Source: Candidatus Kuenenia stuttgartensis (GTDB lineage Bacteria; Planctomycetota; Brocadiia; Brocadiales; Brocadiaceae). From it: 32,000 bases of DNA. Where the stretch lies: contig NZ_LT934425.1 of NCBI RefSeq assembly GCF_900232105.1, positions 2,580,001 to 2,612,000 of the forward strand, written 5' to 3'. Position numbers and translations under genes: made by a program. The notes below the pieces were generated by a model. The model was not told the origin of the DNA, made no database searches, and saw only the letters and a program-made list of their open reading frames with translations. This document shows positions 1-9,310 of this stretch, one piece after another (position 1 is the first letter of the stretch; each line of letters opens with the position of its first letter).

Positions 1-2
1 TG

Positions 3-578
3 TTGGAATCACATGGTAGCAATATCGAAGACTTAAAGAGGGATATTACAATTTCTTTGTCTTTGGAAAAATACTTTGCTGATACCGTAAGCGATGCAAA
101 AGTAAAAGACTATTTTGAAAAAAACAGACAGATATATGATGGCACTGAGGTTCAGGCCAGCCATATTTTAGTAGATACGCGTAACCTGCAGGGTGAAGAA
201 GATCTGGCAAAGGCAAAGCAAAAGATAGAAAAGGTAAAAGCTGAGATCGCTGAAGGGAAAAAAGACTTTGCCAAGCTTGCCGAAGAATATTCTGATTGTC
301 CGTCCTCGAAAAAAGGCGGAGATCTTGGCTATTTTGTAAGAAAGGGCCAGATGGTGGAACCATTTGCGGAGGCGGCTTTTGCTTTAAAAGTGGGAGAGGT
401 GAGCGATGTTGTAACGACCCAGTTTGGATATCATATCATAAAGGTTACTGATATCAAAAAGGGCGGGGAAATTGATTTTAATGAATTAAAACCTGAAATT
501 AAACTGGACATATTAAAACAAAATGCCGATTCCCTGCTGGACAGATTAAAGCAGCAGGCAAAGATTGAAATCAAGTAA
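3..578 (+). CDS. Peptidylprolyl isomerase, parvulin/SurA/PpiC type (C-terminal part; gene probably starts before the window)
   Basis: ORF contains parvulin signature VQASHILV...AKLAEEYSDCPSSKKGGDLGYFVRKGQMVEPFAEAAFALKVGEVSDVVTTQFGYHIIKV. Confidence 0.93.
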   Translation: MESHGSNIEDLKRDITISLSLEKYFADTVSDAKVKDYFEKNRQIYDGTEVQASHILVDTRNLQGEEDLAKAKQKIEKVKAEIAEGKKDFAKLAEEYSDCPSSKKGGDLGYFVRKGQMVEPFAEAAFALKVGEVSDVVTTQFGYHIIKVTDIKKGGEIDFNELKPEIKLDILKQNADSLLDRLKQQAKIEIK

Positions 579-628
579 CATACGTAAACAGTAAAATATT
601 TTCGATGCATTTTGGAGGTCTTTTAAAC

Positions 629-678
629 AAAAAGCTTCCCTTCCGGCAATTAAATGAATAGGAAGGGAAGCTTTTTTT
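629..678 (+). terminator. Rho-independent terminator downstream of the PPIase gene
   Basis: aaaaaGCTTCCCTTCC ... GGAAGGGAAGCttttttt perfect stem followed by a T run. Confidence 0.85.
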
Positions 679-756
679 ATCTGTAAACAGTCTTAAAGTG
701 TCTTTTAAAGCACAAGGGGAAAACAATAAATCAGGCTGCCCTTGGCACCTACTTTA

Positions 757-776
757 TGCTGCTGCTGCTGCTGTTG
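757..776. repeat. Short (TGC)n trinucleotide repeat in intergenic DNA
   Basis: tgctgctgctgctgctgttg. Confidence 0.7.
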
Positions 777-959
777 ATGTTAATGTAGAGACGCATGCAA
801 TGCGTATCTACAAAAATATTGAAATTTCTAAACTGGCATAGCCAGAACCAAACAAACAGGAAATAAAAAATACGAAATTCGAAGTACGAAATCCAAAACA
901 AATTCCAAAATCCTCCCCCATCACCCCTTCCAAGGCTAATCTTTACCCACAAATTTCAA

Positions 960-3293
960 GAGCACCGTAGTTGTACGGCCAATTGAGCTGAAGGCTAAGT
1001 GGTGTAAAGTTCGTAAGCAACTTCAATATCAGCCAAACGTGACATGCCTCGCCAAAGTACTTCACTTCCGGGATGGCCATCACCACGGCGACCCAGATGA
1101 CCGCCAAGTTTACCTAAAAGCCGCACGGCATCATTGAGGCTTGGAGGTAAATCAGGAGGCTCCTTGACCTTGTTCGCAAAAGTTGTCAATGCTTTCCATT
1201 CAGAATCGCTGAAGTAGACAGTACAAGGGACATCAGGTGTTTCTTGTCCTAAAGTAGTCAGGTAATGGATACGCCAAGCTATAATCATATCAATGGCCAA
1301 AGCGTTGCACAGACGACGGGCACTCTCCAACTGCCGGGACTCGACACGACAACCGCTCTTGATAATACGATGATAACACTCAATACCCCATCGGCGAGCA
1401 TACCATTCCAAACGTTCGTAAGCATCTTTTTCTTGCTTAACCGCAACTGTGGTTAACAGCATCCATTCTAACCCATCAATTCCTATAGGCGGATTGACTT
1501 CCTGCGCCAGCACCGCCCACACCCTGACCGCAGGCATATTCTTTTTTAGCATAGGTGGGCGCAGCGTAACAGGCATCGTTCGTACCATAAGTATTGCCTG
1601 ACGTGCGGAGCGTTTCTCACTCGGAGGTATCAATATTTCGCGGGTACCTATAACCGGTTGCTGTTCCAGTTTAGTCCACAAAAACTCGCATGATTCTTTA
1701 TCATCAACAACCTTTCTATTGCGCGAACGTTCTGCGCGGATCAGCAACTGAGCGCCATCAGGCGTATTATACTGCTCAGCGAATACCTCGTGAATATCGG
1801 CCTCACGATCTGCCACAACCACCAGTAAAGATTTGTTTCGACAGCGTTTCTGTACTTGCGATACTGCATGGTAACTCTCCACCCATTTCCAGCTTTCCTT
1901 CTCTTCGATAGGCTTCTTGTGTCGTTTATGTTTGCTGCCTATTCCGTCCCGCGCCCAGCATTGCACATTCAGAAGTCCCAAGGGTGTACCACTTTCAGTA
2001 AACGCCATCGTATCATGCACCATCAGTCCACGAACTTTTTCACTCTTAGTACCTATCGGTCCTAACCCCTGCGTATTCGGATGTGTGCTATAATTCAGAG
2101 TCGTAGTATCTTGCGCTACCAAAACCAAACTATTCTCCTTCACACGCTCTTCCGTGGCCTCATAATGAGCTTGCAATATCGCCTTCCAATCTACATTCTC
2201 ATTGTCAAGGAATCGGTATGCAGCCTTAGTCGCACTGACTGAGCCGCACGCCTGCGGAATGTTTGCCAAAGGTTTGTCATAAAACATACCTGTCATTTCT
2301 AAAAGTCTTGAGGTCAATCGTGCATCGCCCAATTTTGTTCCTCCAAGTTCCGCTTCTATCCAATCCCGAGGCTCTTTTTGTGCCACTCTTTGGCGAACAT
2401 GTACTTTGCCATCGGCACAACAACACAACACCGCCTGCCATTTCTTTTGCAACGGCATAACATAAACGTCTTTGACCGTTGCACCTGTTCCTTTTCGTCC
2501 TCGACCTTCCGTGCCTCCTACATACTTCCAGTTAGCTGCCCGATAACAGCTTCCGGAAAACCGTCCTCGTTCCACATAGGTTTCTAAAAGTACAGGACGA
2601 TATTTATACACTCTTTCCCAATCATCTACCAAACGTGTTTGGCATTTTGCCAATACATGCGATGCCAAACATTTTACTCTTACCGTAGGCGCTATTAAAT
2701 ACCGACTGTTATTGATAACAAACGTATGATTCCGCTTACGTGCTTCCTCCGTCCATCCTATCCACTCGTCGCGACTTTCCACCCGTCTGGCACAGGCACT
2801 ATAACTTAGCCCTCCTATCCATCCGTAATGTTCACTGCGTACAAGATACCGAAGTTGCGCCCCGCATAGGGGCCCACTTCCAAGATAATGATGCGCTTCT
2901 AACATGCTACGCCAAAGTTTCGAATGGAATCTCGTTGTAACCCGTATAATCTCTACGTCACCCAACTCCGCTAGCTCGCATGACACTTCCGCAATCGGAG
3001 GCGCCTCCGCAGGTTTATTGACTTTTTGAAATGCATAATGCTTGTTCACCTTTGGAAGATTGATCTCTTTACGACGATCCAATTCCAATAACGCCTTGCG
3101 ACAACTCATCTCTTGCAAACGGCCCGCTTGATTCCTCCAGTCCATCCATTCGCATACCAGACGCGACAGTTTACGACGCGATAGACAGGGTTCCTTTTGG
3201 ATAGTTTCTGATAAACGCTTTATTACATCATCTGAAAATATTCGACCTCCTACTCTAAGCATGTACACAGTGTAACATACGGTTAACACGGTG
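960..3293 (-). mobile_element. IS4/IS50-like insertion sequence carrying a DruA-like/transposase fusion ORF; ends approximate
   Basis: Transposase ORF flanked by weakly matching inverted ends (left GCACCGTAGTTGTACGG; right, read inward, GACACCGTGTTAACCGTA). No target-site duplication confirmed by eye. Confidence 0.6.
995..3262 (-). CDS. Transposase: N-terminal DruA-like (DUF4338) domain fused to a Tn5/IS50-like IS4-superfamily DDE transposase
   Basis: N-part: LLEAHHYLGSGPLCGAQLRYLV..WIGGLSYSACARRVESRDEWIGW...NNSRYLIAP..VKCLASHVLAK...LLETYVERGRFSGSCYRAANWKYVGGTEGRGR. C-part: WIEAELGGTKLGDARLTSRL...IPQACGSVSATKAAYRFLDN, VAQDTTTLNYS, VVVADREADIHEVF, and YREK signature YARRWGIECYHRIIK (Y-2-R-3-E-6-K). 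ATG at 3262 is preferred over the TTG at 3301 because the intervening DNA overlaps the putative IS end. Confidence 0.88.
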   Translation of the reverse strand: MLRVGGRIFSDDVIKRLSETIQKEPCLSRRKLSRLVCEWMDWRNQAGRLQEMSCRKALLELDRRKEINLPKVNKHYAFQKVNKPAEAPPIAEVSCELAELGDVEIIRVTTRFHSKLWRSMLEAHHYLGSGPLCGAQLRYLVRSEHYGWIGGLSYSACARRVESRDEWIGWTEEARKRNHTFVINNSRYLIAPTVRVKCLASHVLAKCQTRLVDDWERVYKYRPVLLETYVERGRFSGSCYRAANWKYVGGTEGRGRKGTGATVKDVYVMPLQKKWQAVLCCCADGKVHVRQRVAQKEPRDWIEAELGGTKLGDARLTSRLLEMTGMFYDKPLANIPQACGSVSATKAAYRFLDNENVDWKAILQAHYEATEERVKENSLVLVAQDTTTLNYSTHPNTQGLGPIGTKSEKVRGLMVHDTMAFTESGTPLGLLNVQCWARDGIGSKHKRHKKPIEEKESWKWVESYHAVSQVQKRCRNKSLLVVVADREADIHEVFAEQYNTPDGAQLLIRAERSRNRKVVDDKESCEFLWTKLEQQPVIGTREILIPPSEKRSARQAILMVRTMPVTLRPPMLKKNMPAVRVWAVLAQEVNPPIGIDGLEWMLLTTVAVKQEKDAYERLEWYARRWGIECYHRIIKSGCRVESRQLESARRLCNALAIDMIIAWRIHYLTTLGQETPDVPCTVYFSDSEWKALTTFANKVKEPPDLPPSLNDAVRLLGKLGGHLGRRGDGHPGSEVLWRGMSRLADIEVAYELYTT

Positions 3294-3668
3294 TCCAGCA
3301 AAAAATATGGGTCATCCCCAGTTCCAAGGGGGGAGAATGTCCTCCGCTGACGGGGGTGCAGGGGGTGGATTCGTATTTAGCATTTCGGATTCACCATGTA
3401 ATATTTTGGCCAAAAATGCAAAGATATTACTGATAAGGTACTAATAGAAGCAAGATATTTTAAGTTGATTTTTCATCGTGGCTATAGTATCTTGCCCGGT
3501 GAAATTTTTATTAAACACTCTTATAATAAGCAGATGGGACAATGGCAATGCAAATAATACTTTTGACTATGTGAATCACATGTGATATATTCCCGTCTAC
3601 GTAACCAAATAAAATTCGATAATGATGTGTAATTTTAATGCATTTGCATTGAAAAGGGGAACAAGTCA

Positions 3669-4088
3669 ATGCCAATAAACAAAAAAAAACCAAAAACAGC
3701 AAGCATGAAAAAGACTGCAAAAAGTGCCATGAAAGCTACAAAAAAATCTACGGATAAGATTGTTTTGAGTTCTCTTTTTAAAACAATCATCATTGACGGC
3801 AAAACGGAGCAGGCGACCAGGCAGATTAGGCGGACGCTCTTTTTTGACCAGGTGGAAGTGTTTCCCTTTACGCAAATTAAAAAAATAGAATTAGTAAAAA
3901 ATGAGAAAGAATCAATAACAGACAGCTATTTGACATACGCAGTTTTATTGCATCTTAACAACGGAAAAACCATGTTGGTTGATGAACTTGGCGAAACATC
4001 CGTCAGAGGAGGTTTCAAAGAAATGAAAAACCTCGGGAAAAAGATCAGCATGATTACAGGCAAAGAATTTATTTTGTGTGACGAGTAA
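3669..4088 (+). CDS. Hypothetical protein with Lys/Ala-rich basic N-terminus
   Basis: 139-aa ORF; N-terminal KKKPKTASMKKTAKSAMKATKKSTDK followed by a globular region; spaced like an operon with the next gene. Confidence 0.7.
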   Translation: MPINKKKPKTASMKKTAKSAMKATKKSTDKIVLSSLFKTIIIDGKTEQATRQIRRTLFFDQVEVFPFTQIKKIELVKNEKESITDSYLTYAVLLHLNNGKTMLVDELGETSVRGGFKEMKNLGKKISMITGKEFILCDE

Positions 4089-4140
4089 CCTATTTCCATC
4101 GACAACCTTTACCACAAAGCAGTTGTGGGGGAGTTTCATC

Positions 4141-4707
4141 ATGTTCATTACGAGAAGTTTTTTTGCCGCCATTTTTATGGCGATACTTGTCTCTTCCCGC
4201 ATCGTAAATGCCTTTGAATCTGAAATGAACGAAGAACAGATTGCTGCGGCGATTGGTTACGGGAAGAAGCATAAAGGTATGGATGTTTTTAAAGGCACTG
4301 TGATAAAAAATGCTTGTTTTGGAAAATATCCTGAATTAGATAGTGGATTGATTATGAGTAAATACATTGAACTTGCCATTGTTTCTGCCATGAATGCGGT
4401 GAAAGAAAAGGAAACGACCGCCGACGATATAAATGAAATACAATCTGCGGATTTTTTTAAAGTAATTGTACTTGTTTTAGAAGAAGGCATTCAAACTCCA
4501 GGAGGCGTGCAGATTACATTAAAACAAGGTTTAAACAACATCTTGCCGCAAAAAACCGAGTTTGGGAGAAAGCATAAGGACGGTAAACAAAGTGTGATAG
4601 GGGTCTTTCGGTATGACAAGATAGATACGTATGCAAAAACTGAGGTTATCATAAAAACGAGGGGACGGGAAAAAACCTATAAAATTGATTTTTCTGTTAT
4701 AAAATGA
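4141..4707 (+). CDS. Secreted hypothetical protein
   Basis: Start at MFITRSFFAAIFMAILVSSRIVNA (signal-peptide-like); the gene ends in an ATGA overlap with the radical SAM gene. Confidence 0.75.
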   Translation: MFITRSFFAAIFMAILVSSRIVNAFESEMNEEQIAAAIGYGKKHKGMDVFKGTVIKNACFGKYPELDSGLIMSKYIELAIVSAMNAVKEKETTADDINEIQSADFFKVIVLVLEEGIQTPGGVQITLKQGLNNILPQKTEFGRKHKDGKQSVIGVFRYDKIDTYAKTEVIIKTRGREKTYKIDFSVIK

Positions 4708-5726
4708 TCAGGGAAGCAGAAGAAATAAAGACATGCCCAAAGCATACCTTTAGAGATAAACTTTTCGATTTTTCCTGCCGTCGCATTGGTTCTCAGCAAA
4801 CAAAAACTTTATTTAAATTATACGATCTAGCCACCTTCGACCTCTATGGCAAACCAAAAGGGGCAATAGGTGCGATTGATATTACCAACCGTTGTAACTT
4901 GCGTTGCAAACACTGTTATTTTTATGCGCATGATTACGCAGAAAAACCGGAGTTGAGTGACGATGAGTGGATTGAAAAACTGGAGGGACTGAAAGAAACA
5001 GGTTTCCCCTTTTATCAATGTTCATGGATTGGCGGTGAACCTTTGCTTCGGAAAGATTTGCTGGAGCGCTGCATGAAGTATTTCCGGTCAAATCTGATTG
5101 TCACAAACGGAACACTGGAACTTCCCAATTGGCCGGATGTGAATTTTTATATATCGGTTGACGGCAAAAAGGAGACACATGAAGCCATCCGTGGAAATGG
5201 TTGTTATGACATAATAAGAAAAAATGCGGGGAGAAACGATTTAAAGATTAGCGTTTCAATGGTAATTAATAAAATGAATTACCGTGAAATTGAATATTTT
5301 ATTGAGGAATGGAAAGAGGTTGGCGTTCGGGGTTGTTTGTTTCAAATACATACGCCGGTAAAAGGGTTGGCGAACAATGATTTTTGGCCTGGCTGGAAAC
5401 TGCGGGATGATATAGTAGATACATTGCTTCGATTAAAGGAGGAAAAGTATGGTGATTTTATAGGAATGCCGGTCCATGTGCTTAAGCTTATGAAATCCGA
5501 CAAATGTAAGGAGGTGACACGGAATTGCATTTTCAAAAAAGTATCGTTTTGTTTTGACCCGCAGGGCCAGATTAAAAAACCTTGTATGTTTGGACAGCAA
5601 GCAGACTGTCTGCGGTGTGGCTGTATCCTTCCTTTTCACCTGTGGGCATTGGAAGGTAAGTGGCTTTTAATGAGAGAGCTTATGATATATTTTAAACGCC
5701 GAGTGGGTAAAAAAATGCTTCGTTAG
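4704..5726 (+). CDS. Radical SAM protein with C-terminal Cys-rich SPASM-like region
   Basis: CNLRCKHC (CxxxCxxC) motif, WIGGEPLLR, FYISVDGKKETHEAIRG; C-terminal CIFKKVSFCFDPQGQIKKPCMFGQQADCLRCGC. Confidence 0.9.
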   Translation: MIREAEEIKTCPKHTFRDKLFDFSCRRIGSQQTKTLFKLYDLATFDLYGKPKGAIGAIDITNRCNLRCKHCYFYAHDYAEKPELSDDEWIEKLEGLKETGFPFYQCSWIGGEPLLRKDLLERCMKYFRSNLIVTNGTLELPNWPDVNFYISVDGKKETHEAIRGNGCYDIIRKNAGRNDLKISVSMVINKMNYREIEYFIEEWKEVGVRGCLFQIHTPVKGLANNDFWPGWKLRDDIVDTLLRLKEEKYGDFIGMPVHVLKLMKSDKCKEVTRNCIFKKVSFCFDPQGQIKKPCMFGQQADCLRCGCILPFHLWALEGKWLLMRELMIYFKRRVGKKMLR

Positions 5727-5968
5727 CATATCGATACCAAAATAACATAGTAATGATGGTTGTTTTTAATACCTTTACTTTTTATTATTTTGGAATTGCA
5801 CTATCAGCCGCTTATACAATTCTTACATCCTCATGCCTTATGCCCCTGGCAGTGTGTTGTCTCTATCATAAAACACATATACGAGCACTATTACCAAACC
5901 CGAAAATATGAAATTCCAAAAAACGCAATAGTTCCCCCACCCCTAATGGTAAAATCCGAAATGCTAAA

Positions 5969-6137
5969 TACGAAATCCGAAACAAATTACAAATTCTAAA
6001 TTCATCCCGTTAGATAACATTCAATAATACATCTATTATTTGATAATTCTGTATCTAACGGGGTAAAATTTTCAAATGTTCAAACCCCGGTTTTTTCATT
6101 GGGATTTTGTATTTTGCAATTTGTTTCGTATTTCGTA
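5969..6137. repeat. Nested inverted-repeat block upstream of the ydbH-like gene
   Basis: Outer arms TACGAAATCCGAAACAAATTAC (5969-5990) and inverted CAATTTGTTTCGTATTTCGTA (6117-6137); inner perfect 11-bp arms CCCGTTAGATA (6006-6016) / TATCTAACGGG (6052-6062). Confidence 0.75.
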
Positions 6138-6180
6138 CTTATTGTGTTCTTGCCTGTCCATATTAGGATATTAATTATTT

Positions 6181-8715
6181 ATGTCTTATATTAAGAATAT
6201 TGCAATTCGTTCATTCTTTATTAGCGGCATAATTTTTTTTCTTTTGTGCGGCGTCTATTTCTCGATTCCGGTAATTTTAGAAAAGAAAATTCTCCCTCTT
6301 CTTTTTAACAAAGCAGGATTCGTTCAATCAACCGGTAAAATCAGAAAATTTGGCTTTACCGGGTTAGATGTAACTTCGGTTCGATTGGGTAACCCGGAAA
6401 ATCCCTCCATTTCCCTCGATTCTATCCGCATTGATTATTCTTTAATGGGGCTGGCAAGAAGGCATATTAAAAAAATAATAATCAGCGGGGTGGAGATACG
6501 GGCGGAGTTTAAAGACGGCAAAATGGGTATTCCCGGAATAGATTTCGGCAAACTCTTCAGAAATTCCTCAAATACCGGACGGGAACAACAAACGGTTTCA
6601 CAAAGAATTCCCATTAACATTGGAGAACTAGAAATACGGCATGCCGCAGTTCTTTTGAAATCAGGCGTTGAAGATTTTTATATCCCTTTCAGTATGCGGA
6701 TATACCCAGTCTTTGAGAATAAGGAAGAACAACCTTCCGGCTACGCAATACAGTACAGATTAGACCCGCAACATGCGAATATCTTCCATGGAGTAAGGAT
6801 AAAATCCAGGATAAATGGCAGTGCAATGTATAATTTTACGACCTCTGATTTGGCATTGCGGCTTGATCTTACTGATATGGATGTAGTGTATAATGACCTG
6901 CAATTTAAAAATACATCGAAAGATGTTCCGTTAATAATAACCATCACAAGAACAAAAAATATCGTTCAAATGCATTTTAACCGGTTTAGTGTTATGTCGC
7001 TCCTCCCATTTGAAGTATCAATGAATCCTGATAGTCACCTTACGGTGAATATGGATGAAGACACACTGAATGCCGAAGGGAGCGTGAAGGTGTTTTTAAA
7101 GAAAGAATTGATGAACAACGATCCCCATATTGGCCTAAAATTAGGCCAGTCAGCAGAGCTGCCAATTTTTCTTAAAGGAGAAACCCAGGGAAAGCAGTGG
7201 CGTTTTTCACTAAACTCTGCCGGGACATCTCACCCTTTGACTTTTTCCCGGGGAACCGAAACAATGACTCTTTTCCCCAAAGAGCTTTCCATACAGGGAG
7301 AAGGTCTGAATACCAGCGGTTCTCTGCAATTTGATGCAAACCTCACTCATGTGCGGTATAAGGGGGATAATATGCATATACTGATTCCTCTTGTCTCATT
7401 GCAGGGCAGCGGATTGCTAAACTCTACGGAGAGTTCTTCTCTCCGGGCATTTGTGCAAATAACTGATGCGGAATGTGCTTCTCACGATTTTAATGCAAGG
7501 AAGATACAGGCGAAGATTCCCATTCAATGGCCATTCCCAGCTTCCGAAGATAACGACAGTATTGCGGAAGATACGAATTACCCCTATGTTGCCATCGATG
7601 ATATAAACTATGGCGGCATAAACATCGGGTCAATTGTCGCAACGCCCTATCAAAACGGCGCAAACCTTCATTTTACAGGATTGTTTAAGGGCTTACTGTT
7701 CCCTGGTTTTAATGTAAATTTTAAGGGTATGGCGGGTCTGAATGATGAGAATACCTTTATTTCCAAGGTAGACTTCAACTCTGCGGAACCGGAAAAGACA
7801 CTGCAATTTGAATTATCTTCTGTTGCATCGCAATTTAGCGGGATATTTTTTAATGGCATTGCCGACATCCGCGGTAATTGGAGCTTTGATGGAACCAGGG
7901 GAACAAGCACGGGCATGGTGTTACTTCGCAATACGAAAATAGATAGTCCTCAAAAAAAGATGACGATAGAAGGAGTGGAACTTCAACTTGCCATGAGCGA
8001 CCTGTTAAACCTCCGCAGCGATCCTGGACAAGTGCTGAAATTCCAGCGTTTCACGTGGGGAGATATAGAAATAAGCGAAGGCGAGGCGTCGTTTCAAATA
8101 GAATCCCCTTCTTCCCTTTTCCTTAAAAAAAGTAGTTTTCTCTGGTGCGGGGGGAATGTCTATACGCATGGCCTGCGCTTAAAACCAGGCAATGATGGAT
8201 TAGATATTATCTGTTACTGCGACCGGTTGAGACTGGCGACTGTTTTAAAACAGTTTCATCTCGCATCCGCTGAAGGTGAAGGCTCTGTAAATGGTCGTTT
8301 GCCTATCAGTTATAAAAATGGAGAGATAAAAATTGCCGATGGTTTTCTTTATTCCACGCCCGGGGAGGGCGGCATTATTCGTTTTAATACAGAAACGCTT
8401 ATTCCTGGCGCGGCCGGCACACAAAAGGGTATACAAACGGATGTTGCGATGGAAGCCCTTAAGGATTTCCACTATGATTGGGCAAAGCTTTCGTTGTTGA
8501 GCAAGGGAGAAGACCTCCACGTTTATTTACAGATGGAGGGAGCGCCTGTTAATTTACTCCCGTTTGCCTACACAAAAAAATCAGGACTGGTGAAAGCAAA
8601 AGGAGAACCAAAGGCTCGTTTCCAGAAAATACTCTTTCATTTTAACTTTACATTACCCATTGATGAATTATTACACTATAGCGCAGGCTTGGGGGAATTA
8701 TTACAATATCAGTAA
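6181..8715 (+). CDS. YdbH-like (AsmA/TamB-type) intermembrane lipid transport protein
   Basis: 844 aa, N-terminal TM helix, long beta-rich AsmA-like body; C-terminal region DGFLYSTPGEGGIIRFNT...; followed by YnbE-like and YdbL-like genes (synteny with the E. coli ydbH-ynbE-ydbL operon). Confidence 0.8.
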   Translation: MSYIKNIAIRSFFISGIIFFLLCGVYFSIPVILEKKILPLLFNKAGFVQSTGKIRKFGFTGLDVTSVRLGNPENPSISLDSIRIDYSLMGLARRHIKKIIISGVEIRAEFKDGKMGIPGIDFGKLFRNSSNTGREQQTVSQRIPINIGELEIRHAAVLLKSGVEDFYIPFSMRIYPVFENKEEQPSGYAIQYRLDPQHANIFHGVRIKSRINGSAMYNFTTSDLALRLDLTDMDVVYNDLQFKNTSKDVPLIITITRTKNIVQMHFNRFSVMSLLPFEVSMNPDSHLTVNMDEDTLNAEGSVKVFLKKELMNNDPHIGLKLGQSAELPIFLKGETQGKQWRFSLNSAGTSHPLTFSRGTETMTLFPKELSIQGEGLNTSGSLQFDANLTHVRYKGDNMHILIPLVSLQGSGLLNSTESSSLRAFVQITDAECASHDFNARKIQAKIPIQWPFPASEDNDSIAEDTNYPYVAIDDINYGGINIGSIVATPYQNGANLHFTGLFKGLLFPGFNVNFKGMAGLNDENTFISKVDFNSAEPEKTLQFELSSVASQFSGIFFNGIADIRGNWSFDGTRGTSTGMVLLRNTKIDSPQKKMTIEGVELQLAMSDLLNLRSDPGQVLKFQRFTWGDIEISEGEASFQIESPSSLFLKKSSFLWCGGNVYTHGLRLKPGNDGLDIICYCDRLRLATVLKQFHLASAEGEGSVNGRLPISYKNGEIKIADGFLYSTPGEGGIIRFNTETLIPGAAGTQKGIQTDVAMEALKDFHYDWAKLSLLSKGEDLHVYLQMEGAPVNLLPFAYTKKSGLVKAKGEPKARFQKILFHFNFTLPIDELLHYSAGLGELLQYQ

Positions 8716-8729
8716 CATATAAAGATTTA

Positions 8730-8887
8730 GTAACACTTTAGTTTTTTGAAAAACGTAAGAGCGAGAGATGAAGCACGAGAGACGAGAGACGAGAGACGAA
8801 AGATGTCTGTCATCCATCATCCGTCGTCCCTACATCGTGCGGAAAACAGCGCTATTATTGGAATTTTTCGAAAAACTAAAGTGCTAC
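8730..8887. repeat. MITE-like element (atypical interior) between ydbH-like and ynbE-like genes
   Basis: GTAACACTTTAGTTTTTTGAAAAA at the left end, TTTTTCGAAAAACTAAAGTGCTAC at the right end (inverted); interior holds tandem CGAGAGA heptamers. Confidence 0.7.
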
Positions 8888-9033
8888 GGAATATTGAGTT
8901 TTTTGTCATTAGAATTTGTTTCGTATTTCGAATTTGGTTACGCCCAAATGTTGCGCTAAGATAATTATTGTGATAGGGTATTCTTGCTTTTATACCAATG
9001 TATTCGTAAGGAATTACAGTTAAGGAGGGATTG

Positions 9034-9267
9034 ATGAAACAAAATAGTGTCATTTTATGTATAGTGTTTTTTCTTGTCTTGCATGGTTGTAAAACGGAAC
9101 ATAAGGTAGAACTTGAAGTCAAACCAATGCAAATTACCATTGATGTGAATATACGAATAGATAGGGAGCTGGATAATTTTTTTGGCAACCTTGATGAAGC
9201 CGCAAAAACACTCGGCGGGGAAGTCGGTGATTCTAAAGCAGCGGAGACGCCAAACCCTGGCCAGTAG
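9034..9267 (+). CDS. YnbE-like lipoprotein
   Basis: Lipobox-like VLHGC; short protein with MQITIDVNIRIDRELDNFF resembling E. coli YnbE PITINMNVKIEHEI. Confidence 0.8.
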   Translation: MKQNSVILCIVFFLVLHGCKTEHKVELEVKPMQITIDVNIRIDRELDNFFGNLDEAAKTLGGEVGDSKAAETPNPGQ

Positions 9268-9310
9268 TTTTTTATTGATTAAGAGATTTTTGTCAGAAGG
9301 AGAAAAATAA

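Noticed and set aside
749-952. 67-aa ORF with Phe/Trp-rich sequence (minus strand)
   Set aside because: Derives from low-complexity and dispersed-repeat DNA (tacgaaattcgaag...); no plausible protein features.
1265-2940. Six short plus-strand ORFs inside the transposase gene
   Set aside because: Antisense shadows of the long minus-strand coding frame.
8746-8964. Two overlapping ORFs rich in RDERRETRDE
   Set aside because: Translations of the tandem CGAGAGA repeat and MITE-like interior; not a credible gene.
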